Shown: positions 1 through 8,893 of the stretch, piece after piece
Layout of the letters: each line of letters starts with the position of its first letter
Numbering within the stretch: position 1 is the first letter of the stretch
Source: an uncultured Poribacteria bacterium
Lineage (GTDB): Bacteria; Poribacteria; WGA-4E; WGA-3G
Length of the DNA: 64,000 nucleotides
NCBI GenBank assembly: GCA_958296135.2
Contig: CATQHZ020000001.1
Location: 1,280,001-1,344,000 of the forward strand
Direction: 5' to 3'
Translations under genes and position numbers: made by a program
Notes under the pieces: model-generated
Told to the model about the DNA's origin: nothing
Databases searched by the model: none
The model's input: the letters and a program-made list of their open reading frames with translations, nothing else

Positions 1-742
1 CAATGTCTTGCGCGGGCATTTCAAGGCTAAAAATAGCAACGGGCCGGGCTTGTTCCAAGGCGATGTTCTGTGCCATATTCAGCACTAACGTCGTTTTTCC
101 CATACTGGGCCGTGCGGCGATGATGATGAAATTGCCGGGCTGTAATCCGGATGTCATCACGTCGAAATCCATGAAACCGGTTGGAACGCCGAGGAACCGT
201 TCCTCTTTGTGGAACAACTTTTCAATTTCGTCGATGCTCTGTGTGAGTAAGGGCCGGATGCGGGTAAAACCGCGTTGCGCGTCCGTTTGCCCTAACTCAA
301 AGACTGCCTCCTGCGCTTGGTTCATGACATCGGCCAGTTCGACATCTTCGTCCATCGCGAGGTCCCGAATCTGCGAGCTGGCTTGCATGAGGCGGCGGCG
401 CGTCGCCTTTTCGTGCAGAATTTCCGCGTAGAACTCGGTGCTCTCTGTCTCCACGATCGGTGCCTGCAGTTCGTAGAGATAGTCCGTGCCCCCGGTGCGG
501 TTTAGTTGGTTTGTCCGATTCAGTTCGTTCGCAACGAGAAGCGGATCTGCCTGACTCACACGTTCGTAAACTTCAAGGATTGCGGTGTAGATAAGTTGAT
601 GGTCTGTGGTGAAAAAGGCTTCGGACGTATGTCCTATCAGTGCGATGACGCGCGGGATAACGGATTTCTCTGTCATCATCGCGCCGAGCACGGCGCGTTC
701 GGCTTCCATGTCGGAAAGATGTTCAACCGGTTCTGCCTGCAT
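1..742 (-). CDS. dnaB: Replicative DNA helicase DnaB (5' part, runs off window start)
   Basis: Read manually on minus strand: MQAEPVEHLSDMEAERAVLGAMM... and GVPTGFMDFDVMTSGLQPGNFIIIAARPSMGKTT (Walker A), then IFSLEM; AAGGGG SD before ATG at 742; downstream of rplI. Confidence 0.93.
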   Translation of the reverse strand, partial: MQAEPVEHLSDMEAERAVLGAMMTEKSVIPRVIALIGHTSEAFFTTDHQLIYTAILEVYERVSQADPLLVANELNRTNQLNRTGGTDYLYELQAPIVETESTEFYAEILHEKATRRRLMQASSQIRDLAMDEDVELADVMNQAQEAVFELGQTDAQRGFTRIRPLLTQSIDEIEKLFHKEERFLGVPTGFMDFDVMTSGLQPGNFIIIAARPSMGKTTLVLNMAQNIALEQARPVAIFSLEMPAQDI

Positions 743-811
743 ACTTCCCCTTAGCGTTCATTAGACCTCATCAACCCTTGTAACGCGGGATTGTCTGAAG
801 TTTCAGAATAC

Positions 812-875
812 CCCGTAGGAGAGACATCTTTGTCCCGATGCGTGTGGTATCAAGACCGGGAGGTCTCTCCTACCG
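812..875. repeat. Inverted pair of GTAG-type REP elements (REPIN-like doublet)
   Basis: GTAGGAGAGACATCTTTGTCCCGAT at 815 faces ATCAAGACCGGGAGGTCTCTCCTAC at 849-873. Confidence 0.7.
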
Positions 876-902
876 AGGATTTTGCCCTACAGGAGCGCAG
901 CG

Positions 903-1355
903 TTATTCTTCGCTTTCGCGTTCAACGACGACTCGCAATTCGACGACGACATCTGCGTGTAGTTTTACTGGCACCATGAATACGCCGAGTTCGCGAATCG
1001 GTTCGCCCAGGTCAAAGACGCGCCGTTCCAATTCAAAGCCCTCGGTGCGCAGTGTCTCTGCGATATCGGTAGTGGTAACGGAGCCGAAGAGCCGGTCATT
1101 CTCGCCAGCGCGTCTGCGGAGGTTACACGTAACGCCGGCGATTTGTCCGGCGATTTCGCGGGCGCGTTCCCGGTCTTTCGAGACTTGGTGATCGATGAGC
1201 CGTTTCTCGTGCACCAGTTGCTTACGATTCCGTTCGGTTGCATGCACCGCCAGCTGCATGGGCAGGAGGTAGTTACGGGCGTAGCCGTCTGCAACCTTCA
1301 GGACATCGCCCGGCACGCCGAGCCCTTCAACGTTTCTTTTCAGAATTATTTCCAT
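903..1355 (-). CDS. rplI: 50S ribosomal protein L9
   Basis: MEIILKRNVEGLGVPGDVLKVADGYARNYLLP, LFGSVTTTDI motifs; operon context. Confidence 0.97.
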   Translation of the reverse strand: MEIILKRNVEGLGVPGDVLKVADGYARNYLLPMQLAVHATERNRKQLVHEKRLIDHQVSKDRERAREIAGQIAGVTCNLRRRAGENDRLFGSVTTTDIAETLRTEGFELERRVFDLGEPIRELGVFMVPVKLHADVVVELRVVVERESEE

Positions 1356-1399
1356 AATTAAATCAATTCCTATTTCGGCGGCGAGGTGCGGGCTTGATT

Positions 1400-1520
1400 G
1401 AAGATGTCCCTCCTACCGGCATGCGGTATCGGGCCAGGGATGTTCTGCCTACCGGCATGCAATATCGGGACAAGAATGTCCCTCCTACGGCAATATCTTC
1501 ATCAAAGCGCGCCTATCGGC
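1400..1520. repeat. Tandem REP-like repeats (3 x 36 bp) plus a half palindrome
   Basis: Units ending CCTAC at 1416, 1452 and 1488 (GATGTCCCTCCTACCGGCATGC..TATCGGG). Confidence 0.75.
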
Positions 1521-1533
1521 ACCGCCGCCTTGC

Positions 1534-1734
1534 CTATCGTGTGAACGGTAAGAGTGCCATGTTCCGTGCACGTTTGATGGCGCGCTTCACCATGCGCTGT
1601 TGTTTCGCGGAGAGCCCCGTGATGCGGCGGCCCACGATTTTTCCGCGCTCGTTAATAAATTTTCTCAGCGTATCCACGTCCTTGTAATCGACAGATTCAA
1701 GTTTGCTGAAACGCTGTCTTCTGCGGAATGCCAT
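1534..1734 (-). CDS. rpsR: 30S ribosomal protein S18
   Basis: [25 protein letters not shown]...[13 protein letters not shown]. Confidence 0.97.
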   Translation of the reverse strand: MAFRRRQRFSKLESVDYKDVDTLRKFINERGKIVGRRITGLSAKQQRMVKRAIKRARNMALLPFTR

Positions 1735-1824
1735 AGAAATGTTCTCCTGTGAGTGGAGCGTCGGGCGCGCTGTGTGTGCACGTCCGACGCTGAATACGCG
1801 GGCGGCTATTCGCCGTCCGAACGA

Positions 1825-2283
1825 TTAGAACGGGATGTCGTCCTCTGTTGCTGAGGGCGCGCCCTGTGGTGGAGCGGGTGCTTGGGCAGTCGGTGCGGCT
1901 GCGGGCGCGGCATCGGCATATCCACTGCTGCCCATTTCGTCGCCATCGCGCCGGCCACCGATAAGTTGCAGCCGAAAAACTCTGACTCGAAGGCGGCTGC
2001 GCTTCGTCCCATCGTCTGCCTCCCAAGAATCGAATTTGAGAGACCCATCGATGAAAACAGGGCTGCCTTTCTGCAGATATTCGTTCGCGATTTCCGCTTG
2101 TCGCCCCCAAGCCTCTATGTCAACAAAGCAGGTGTTATCCTTCTGCTCGCCTGTCTCCCGGTCGGTGTATCGTTCATTCATCGCGAGGCCAAAGTTCGCG
2201 ACGGAGGTGCCGCTAGGGAGATATTTCAATTCGGGATCACGGGTGAGGTTCCCCATGAGAATGACCCGGTTGTAGCTTGCCAT
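1825..2283 (-). CDS. ssb: Single-stranded DNA-binding protein
   Basis: MASYNRVILMGNLTRDPEL... acidic C-terminal tip DDIPF; GAGGAG SD before ATG at 2283. Confidence 0.97.
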   Translation of the reverse strand: MASYNRVILMGNLTRDPELKYLPSGTSVANFGLAMNERYTDRETGEQKDNTCFVDIEAWGRQAEIANEYLQKGSPVFIDGSLKFDSWEADDGTKRSRLRVRVFRLQLIGGRRDGDEMGSSGYADAAPAAAPTAQAPAPPQGAPSATEDDIPF

Positions 2284-2406
2284 GATTTCTCCTCTCTTCA
2301 ATTTCGTGCGTAACAAGACAGGGTTTGTCCTGTTCGCAAAGTTTAGGATGGTGCGTGTTTGGTTAACGTGCTGTTGTATTTTCAGCCATCACCACCCCCG
2401 ACGTTC

Positions 2407-2721
2407 CTATTCGGCGGCACTCTTCAGTTTCTCAACGTCGCCCTCGTGGTGGACGATCATGTGCCGCATAATCGCTTCGATGACTCGCAGCGATTGGTTG
2501 AGTTCCGCGATGAAGCTGGGCGCGCTCTCAAAAATGTAAAGCACGTAGTAGCCTTCGGTGCGTTTCTGAATCGGATAGGCGAGCCGTTTCTTGCCCCAAG
2601 GGTCTAGCTTGAGGAGTGTCCCGCCCTTTTCGATGATACCCTGCACAGTCGCTGTCAGAGCCTCTGCTTCACTTTCATCCTGGTCGGGCGTGATGATAAG
2701 CAGGAGTTCATAAGGTTTCAA
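2407..2721 (-). CDS. rpsF: 30S ribosomal protein S6
   Basis: KPYELLLII...WGKKRLAYPIQK...GYY; TTG start at 2721 after GAGAGG. Confidence 0.95.
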   Translation of the reverse strand: MKPYELLLIITPDQDESEAEALTATVQGIIEKGGTLLKLDPWGKKRLAYPIQKRTEGYYVLYIFESAPSFIAELNQSLRVIEAIMRHMIVHHEGDVEKLKSAAE

Positions 2722-2855
2722 AATGAGATGCCTCTCTTCGGACTGATGGCTCCACTGTTGCAGCACAGAAAACAGGCTGTCACAGAGAGCAGAGATTAAT
2801 TGATGATGTCCGCCGCGTTTTGCGCGGGGAACATTCACTTAACTTTGGTAACACA

Positions 2856-2885
2856 ATTATATCACATTTCGATCTGAGATGTCAA
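2856..2885 (-). promoter_or_regulatory. Sigma70-type promoter of the rpsF operon
   Basis: Minus strand TTGACA-18 nt-TATAAT with TG extended -10. Confidence 0.75.
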
Positions 2886-2972
2886 CCTAAAATCGCTTTT
2901 TTGGCAGAAAACAGACCAGAACATGATAATTACATATATTTTAACACATTTTGAGGTACGTGTCAAATTTTT

Positions 2973-3809
2973 TTAGTTTGTCCGCCGCGTGTAAGCAGAA
3001 GTATGCGGTGGCAAGAAGAACGGGCGTTTTGCGATAAGCACCTCTCTCCGAATTCTTTCTGCCAGCGTTTCCACTCCGACTTGCGGGGCGGTTGCGAGCC
3101 CGTATTTCTCCAGCAGGGGGAGTAGACTCTCAAAAATCGTCGCCATGTAGCGATAGCCGGCCCACGTTTCAGCTGCGCCGACCGGGGATTCCAAGTGCAT
3201 AGTTGGTTCCGGCAATCCTGCTTCAACGAATGCGCGGTAGAGTCCGATTCCGGTGTCCAAATGCGCTCTGGAAGCCTTAAACACCTCCACAATCCACGCG
3301 ATGAGTTGGTTCATCAGCGGCGTGTCTGGATGTGCTAGCGCGGGGTAGATTGTGTATTCAGGTTCCTGAAACGCGACGATGCCGTCGGGCCGGAGGTGCG
3401 TGACGAGGTGTTTTAACGCATCGCCCGGATTGGCCATATACATCAACACGAACCTGCCGGTGAGTACGTCAAAATCGTTGGAGAGGTTGAGTGTGCGGGC
3501 GTCGCCTGCGATGAATTCGACGTTTGTTATCCCGGCCGCCTTGGCGCGCTTGCGTGCGGTTCCCAGGATAGTGGGGTTGACATCCACGCCGACGACGCGG
3601 CCCTTTTCTCCGACGAGTTTGGCGACAGTGAGTGCTACGTCGCCTGCACCGCTGCCGATTTCCAACACCTTCATGCCGTTTGCGATGCCAGCTGCTTCTA
3701 GGAGCCGCTTCGTTGAACCGCCATAGATTTTCGACTGCTCGATGAGCCGTGTGGTTTCGTGCTGCGTTCTGCCTAAAGTATAGATAGCATCGCGGGTTGA
3801 GTTGTTCAT
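2973..3809 (-). CDS. Class I SAM-dependent methyltransferase (tandem paralog 2)
   Basis: VLEIGSGAGDV motif I, VGVDVN, HLRPDG; 278 aa. Confidence 0.9.
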   Translation of the reverse strand: MNNSTRDAIYTLGRTQHETTRLIEQSKIYGGSTKRLLEAAGIANGMKVLEIGSGAGDVALTVAKLVGEKGRVVGVDVNPTILGTARKRAKAAGITNVEFIAGDARTLNLSNDFDVLTGRFVLMYMANPGDALKHLVTHLRPDGIVAFQEPEYTIYPALAHPDTPLMNQLIAWIVEVFKASRAHLDTGIGLYRAFVEAGLPEPTMHLESPVGAAETWAGYRYMATIFESLLPLLEKYGLATAPQVGVETLAERIRREVLIAKRPFFLPPHTSAYTRRTN

Positions 3810-3824
3810 GAGACGTTCAAATCC

Positions 3825-4661
3825 TTATCTTGGGAGCACTGCGTATGCGGTGACGTGCGGCGGCAGCAGGAGCGGCCGTTTTGCCGAGACAACTTCCGCG
3901 CGCAACCGTTCGGCTAACGTGTCCACATTTACCTCCTCGGCGGTTGCAATGCCGTATGCCTCCATGAGCGGCAGGATGCTCCGGATACTATTCGTGAGGA
4001 ATTCGTAACCCGGCCAGGCAGCGGGCCCGCCCATAGGTGTCTCAAAATGGAGGGTAGGTTCAGGCAGCTCCGCGTCAACGAAGGCACGGTAAAGGGCGAG
4101 GCCCATGCCGATGTGTGCCCCGGACTGCTCAAACACGGCGATGGCGCACTCAGTCAGTTTATTGACGAGCGGTGTCTCTGGATGCGCGATGGCGCGGTAG
4201 AACGTCAGTTCGATTTCCTGAAAGGCGGCGATGCCGCCGGGACGTAGATGCGCGGCTAACTGCTTCAACGCATCGCCCGGGTCTGCCATGTACATCAGGA
4301 CCAGCCTGCCGACGATGGCATCAAAATCGTTGGGCAGCTCGAGTGTGCGGGCGTCGCCTGCGATGAATTCGACGTTAGTGGCCCCTGCTGCATTTGCTCG
4401 GGCGCGTGCCGTTTGAAGGAGCTCGGCGTTCACATCTACGCCGATGACGCTTCCGCCGGTTCCAACAAATTCGGCAAGCGTCAGTGCCACGTCGCCTGCG
4501 CCGCTGCCGATGTCAAGGACTTTCATCCCCTTCTCAATGCCGGCTGCGGTGAGAAACCGCCGAGTCACGCCGTCGTAGAGTTGCGACTGTTCGATTAAAC
4601 GTTTGGTTTCCGCGTCGCTGTGGCCCATGGTGTAGTCTGCGTCTTGGGTTTGGTTTTCCAT
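3825..4661 (-). CDS. Class I SAM-dependent methyltransferase (tandem paralog 1)
   Basis: VLDIGSGAGDV, IGVDVN, LRPGG; 278 aa, colinear with its neighbour; AGGAGG SD. Confidence 0.9.
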   Translation of the reverse strand: MENQTQDADYTMGHSDAETKRLIEQSQLYDGVTRRFLTAAGIEKGMKVLDIGSGAGDVALTLAEFVGTGGSVIGVDVNAELLQTARARANAAGATNVEFIAGDARTLELPNDFDAIVGRLVLMYMADPGDALKQLAAHLRPGGIAAFQEIELTFYRAIAHPETPLVNKLTECAIAVFEQSGAHIGMGLALYRAFVDAELPEPTLHFETPMGGPAAWPGYEFLTNSIRSILPLMEAYGIATAEEVNVDTLAERLRAEVVSAKRPLLLPPHVTAYAVLPR

Positions 4662-4696
4662 TGGTTTACCTCCTGATTCAAGCGAGTCTATTTATT

Positions 4697-4779
4697 ACGA
4701 CTTACGCGGAACCAATCCGGTTGGCGCGCTTTGAAATCGCGCCAACTGAACAGATGTTTTAGGAGTTTGCGTAAGTTTT
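4697..4779. mobile_element. Miniature inverted-repeat element (ACTTACGC...GCGTAAGT) enclosing a REP palindrome
   Basis: Terminal inverted repeats at 4700-4707 and 4769-4776, flanked by direct repeat ATTTATT (4690-4696, 4780-4786). Confidence 0.5.
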
Positions 4780-5067
4780 ATTTATTTTACCATATCTCTT
4801 GGCGAATGTCAAATTTTTCCCTGGCGATTCAGTTGTCCCGTTTCTGTCGTTTGCGCTCGCCCCAGCGCAAACAGGTCTGGCTCAGATAAAGTTTCAGTAT
4901 GAAATCGGGCAGCCCGCCAGCGGAAACGCTGCCGCGCTCTGCCCGCCAGTAGATTTTCCGCAGGAAAAAAATAACCGATTCATTCGTTCCTGCCCTATAG
5001 GGAGGTGCCCTTGTCGATTTTCACGGGTGACATCAAAGTGGGGAACTAAATCGTCCTGATTTTTCCC

Positions 5068-5096
5068 TTGACAAAACATTTTTCTTGCTATATACT
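5068..5096 (+). promoter_or_regulatory. Sigma70-type promoter
   Basis: TTGACA-17 nt-TATACT upstream of the ORF at 5227. Confidence 0.7.
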
Positions 5097-5226
5097 ATAA
5101 AGATAGGGTAAAATAAACGTGACACCTTGATTTGATTTGAAGTCCCACAAAGATAACTGAAGGGCGGCTCCGTGATTCAGCGTCGCCTGCATTTTCTCGC
5201 CGCTGGCGAGTCGAAAAGATAGGACA

Positions 5227-6471
5227 ATGGCAAAGAAAAAAGGGCGCCGGTCTGCGAATGTGGCGCGCAAGCGTGAAAAGCGCAATCGCGATCGGAAATC
5301 CCGTCAAAAACAGATAGCAATAGAGAAGCAACGCAGGCTCCCCTACGAGAAATCGGAGAAGGAGCGGCTGCACGCCTGCATTTCGCAAAGCCGCGAACTG
5401 CTCAACGAACCCGAATTGGAGAATGTGCATTTCGATTTTGAACTGATGTACACTTGGGTGACAGAACTGCTTGAGGACTATGAGCTGGATGGCAAGGCGG
5501 AAACACCGGCGGATTCAGACGAAGAAGCGGCTGCCCCTCTGGCACTACGGGAGAGCGATGAGAGCAGTCCGCTCCATTCGTCGTTGGGGCAGGCGATGCA
5601 GGAGCGCGCGAAGCAGATCGAACAGATGGAGAAGGCGGAGCGCGCCTGCGAACATTTTCGCACGGAAGTGCTTCCCCATCTGGTGACACCGGAATTCATG
5701 CAGCGTTTGATACAGGGGTTGACAGCCTGCGAGACCCGGTTGAAACTCATCGGGAATCGCGAAATGGCGGAGGTGGCACTCGTCGCGCGTTCGCTCTTTG
5801 AGGTAGCTCCCACGGAAATGCTGGTGTTCCACCCGCTCATCCAAACTATCGGCATCCAGACGCTCCGGATGCTCGTTGAAGAACCGCATGTCGTTCTGGA
5901 GGGACGCGAAGACGTGAAAGAGATGCTTTCAGATGTTTTGGAGTATGAAAGTGAGGTCGACCCTTATCCTCCGTCTGAGCGGCTCGCTGCCTTGTCAGAC
6001 TTGGCAGAGGAGGAAACGCGGTATGAGGACGACGAGGAAACGCCAGCTGCCCTTGATGAGGACGACGAAGTTTCTGCCGATGCGGCGGAAGAGCCTGAAT
6101 CGCCGCCGCCTGAATCACTCCCAGAGATTGTCAGCGATGAGGCTGAGGAACCTGAACCTGAGCCGGTTTCGGAAGAACCGCCGCGCCCGACATTTACGCC
6201 AGACGAACTCGCTGCGCGCGCCCTCTACAAAAATTTCAACGGCATGGCGACACGTGAAATTTTTGAAGCAGGGACAGCGTTCGTGTTAGCGGAGGAGACA
6301 GAGGAGCGGATTGCCTTTGTTGATGTGGCGCGCGAGCTCTACCTCACGCTTACCGCGGAGCGGCTCCAGTTGCAGGCCCGTTCGGAAGCGGAGCTCACCG
6401 ATGCGATGGAAGAAATTCAAGAATTGTGCGAAGAAGCACTCATGTATCTGGCCAAAACCATTCAAGCTTAA
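5227..6471 (+). CDS. Hypothetical protein, basic N-terminus and long acidic/proline-rich region
   Basis: 414 aa ORF with AGGA SD and upstream promoter; no recognisable motif. Confidence 0.8.
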   Translation: MAKKKGRRSANVARKREKRNRDRKSRQKQIAIEKQRRLPYEKSEKERLHACISQSRELLNEPELENVHFDFELMYTWVTELLEDYELDGKAETPADSDEEAAAPLALRESDESSPLHSSLGQAMQERAKQIEQMEKAERACEHFRTEVLPHLVTPEFMQRLIQGLTACETRLKLIGNREMAEVALVARSLFEVAPTEMLVFHPLIQTIGIQTLRMLVEEPHVVLEGREDVKEMLSDVLEYESEVDPYPPSERLAALSDLAEEETRYEDDEETPAALDEDDEVSADAAEEPESPPPESLPEIVSDEAEEPEPEPVSEEPPRPTFTPDELAARALYKNFNGMATREIFEAGTAFVLAEETEERIAFVDVARELYLTLTAERLQLQARSEAELTDAMEEIQELCEEALMYLAKTIQA

Positions 6472-6568
6472 AAAGAATGGATGCGAGAATCCACGTGTGT
6501 TGTCATCGTTACAAAACAAATCCGGTGCGCGGTTTGCAACCGCGCCTACTGATAAAGGAGGTGAACTT

Positions 6569-6682
6569 ATGCCACGGAGTAAAAGCGGCCAGGTCCGTCG
6601 ACGGACCCAGATCCGCCAACGCCAGCAACGGCGGCTCAAAACGAAAAAAGCGTTATTGAAAGAGTTGTTGGAAAATCGCTAG
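6569..6682 (+). CDS. Small basic protein (37 aa)
   Basis: AAAGGAGGTGA SD directly before ATG; MPRSKSGQVRRRTQIRQRQQRRLKTKKALLKELLENR. Confidence 0.7.
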   Translation: MPRSKSGQVRRRTQIRQRQQRRLKTKKALLKELLENR

Positions 6683-6760
6683 GTGTCGTGTTGCGCTACG
6701 GGCTGTGAAAATGTAGACGTTCGCGTGGGACGAGCCCTGGCTCTACGGGCCGGGAGATTT

Positions 6761-7546
6761 TTACGTTCCGCGCGGGCGTTCTTCGTATTTTTCATACTGC
6801 ACGAACTCCGATGCCTGCAATCTGACAGCGTCTCCGCCCGTTTCATCAACGTAACCTAGCCTGAGCAGCGTCATTATCTCATGATGCTTCGGCAGGCTGA
6901 ATAGGGCTCGGATTTTATCGCGATGTTCCTCGCTTTCCAGCGGCGCGCTCACAAATTGCACACCGATGCCGAGCGCGGTGGCGGCGAGCAGGAGGTTCTG
7001 AATCAGCATCCCCATGCTGAGCCACATCCATCGGTGCGCGCCTTCTCCGGGCGGCCGTTTTTGGCAATTCATTGTCACCAAGAGCAGCACTGGTGCGTCG
7101 TGTACCTGTTGCGCAATTTCTTTTGCGGGCATTTTTCCTGCGCCTAAATGTCCCAAAAATGTCAAAGATTTCGCGTTTTTTAAAAGCGGTTTCAACTTTT
7201 CCGGTGAACCTTGAAGGAACTTTGGGAGCGTGACGTGTTCTGTCAGTAGCACGCCGTCGCCGTGTTCTTTCCACTCGGCCTCGGTGAGGCGCATCCACCT
7301 GCTGTTATCGTCCAGAAACTTTGCGTCTTTGAATTGTGCGACGATAGCGGTTTCCGTTAACTCAGCGAGGCGCGCTTTTCCTTCAGATTCTCGGATGATG
7401 AGCAGTTCCCACGGTTGGACGTTGAATGGCGAGGGGGCCCATCGCGCTGCTTCGATGAGTTTCCCGAGGTCTGCTTCATCAATAGCGCGCGGCTGGAAAT
7501 CGCCGCGATGGCTTCGGCGTTGCGTCATGGCATCAAAAATATTCAT
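6761..7546 (-). CDS. Nitroreductase family protein
   Basis: RRSHR, EAARWAPSPFNVQPW, QNLLLAATALGIG. Confidence 0.9.
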   Translation of the reverse strand: MNIFDAMTQRRSHRGDFQPRAIDEADLGKLIEAARWAPSPFNVQPWELLIIRESEGKARLAELTETAIVAQFKDAKFLDDNSRWMRLTEAEWKEHGDGVLLTEHVTLPKFLQGSPEKLKPLLKNAKSLTFLGHLGAGKMPAKEIAQQVHDAPVLLLVTMNCQKRPPGEGAHRWMWLSMGMLIQNLLLAATALGIGVQFVSAPLESEEHRDKIRALFSLPKHHEIMTLLRLGYVDETGGDAVRLQASEFVQYEKYEERPRGT

Positions 7547-7583
7547 GGGGTAGTCCGGTTCGGGCGGATATAGAAATTCTCCC

Positions 7584-8615
7584 TTACAGTAGCGTCCGGT
7601 GGCGATGGCGGATTTCCGCCGGTGAGGCAGTTCCAGTCTCTCCGAGTTTGGTTACGGTAATTGACGCGACGAGATTCCCGATGTACGCCGCGAGCTCCTG
7701 AGCGCGATGGCGACACAGCGTCGCCACGAGCCCGGCCGAGACACTATCGCCGGCCCCCACCGGGTCTGTGTCACAATTGACAGGGATGCCGGGGATATGC
7801 GTAACTTCGCCCTGGTGGCAAACAAGGATGCCATCTTCTCCGAGCGTGACATACACTGTCTTTTGCGTTCGTTCTGCGAGGGTTTGCGCACACTGTTCCG
7901 CCGTTTCTCTGTTAACGGAATCTCCCTGCCACTCTGGCTCAACGGCGCGCCTTGCCTCAAATCGATTCGGTTTCACAATGACGTTTCGGTATGCGCCGAT
8001 TCGTGTGCGGGAGTCCGCAAAAAAGATCTTTTCTGGGAACGCGATCGCGAGTTCACAGAGTGCCTCTCTCACGTTCGTGGTAACAACCCCCAAATTCTCG
8101 TGCGGCATCTGATCTCCGATGATAACAGCCTCGACGAGCGGCAGGCATTCGTGGAGCGCGTTAATGACGGCTGTTTCAATGCTCTCTGTCATCGGCACTT
8201 GGTTTTCAATATCAAACCGCGGTCCCTCCGTTTCCACGCCTTCATAACCCCGATGAATCGGCTTGAGATAGGTAGGCGTGTGCCACTCCGGTGCCTGAAT
8301 CATAAAATCGGTAACGCATCCTTTCTCTTGGAGGCAATTCAGGAGTGTTCTCCCAAACCCGTCTTCCCCGATAACGCCGAGTGTGTAGATTGTGCCTACT
8401 CCCAAGGCGTTTAGGTTATTCGTGACGGTGCCTGCTGCGCCGGGACTATAGCGTTGCGCGACGACAGGGTTGGTATGCCACGGCGTTTCTAGCGATAGCG
8501 TGGAACGCGTTTTATCAATGTGCCAGTAGGCATCGAGATAAAAGTCCCCGATGACGAGGATGCGTACGTCGCGAAATGTATTGAGAATGGTTTTGAGGCG
8601 CGCTTCGGTGATCAA
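7584..8615 (-). CDS. PfkB/RfaE (HldE kinase domain-like) carbohydrate kinase
   Basis: ILVIGDFYLDAY, PGAAGTV, VKPNRFE, VTLGEDG, DPVGAGDSV anion-hole motif. Confidence 0.88.
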   Translation of the reverse strand: MITEARLKTILNTFRDVRILVIGDFYLDAYWHIDKTRSTLSLETPWHTNPVVAQRYSPGAAGTVTNNLNALGVGTIYTLGVIGEDGFGRTLLNCLQEKGCVTDFMIQAPEWHTPTYLKPIHRGYEGVETEGPRFDIENQVPMTESIETAVINALHECLPLVEAVIIGDQMPHENLGVVTTNVREALCELAIAFPEKIFFADSRTRIGAYRNVIVKPNRFEARRAVEPEWQGDSVNRETAEQCAQTLAERTQKTVYVTLGEDGILVCHQGEVTHIPGIPVNCDTDPVGAGDSVSAGLVATLCRHRAQELAAYIGNLVASITVTKLGETGTASPAEIRHRHRTLL

Positions 8616-8893
8616 ATTTTTCCCTCCAGTGCGTGTATTATAGCATCTTCTGGATTTTTGACAAAATGGTGTTTGCGGAGGACGATTCAGTTCTTCCTGT
8701 CTGTAGTTTTGAAGCGGCGTGCCCGTTGTTGATTTTCACGAGGGTTTCCATCAAAAAGGGAAAACTAAATCGTACTGGTATTTGCGAGGGCCGGGCCCTC
8801 GCGCTAGGGTTAAAGTAGCGTTTCTTGCAATCTGGGCAGATACGTGGTAAAATATAAGACGTTTGACTTTTAATTCCGTTTTGGAGGAAATTT

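Noticed and set aside
3-754. Plus-strand ORFs 3-431, 317-505 and 506-754
   Set aside because: Antisense shadows of dnaB, which is missing from the track because it runs off the window
1394-1687. 97-aa ORF with DVPPTG repeats
   Set aside because: Translation of the REP tandem plus antisense of rpsR
2722-2838. Longer N-terminus for S6 (143-aa ORF)
   Set aside because: S6 homology starts at KPYE; the extension is the 5' leader
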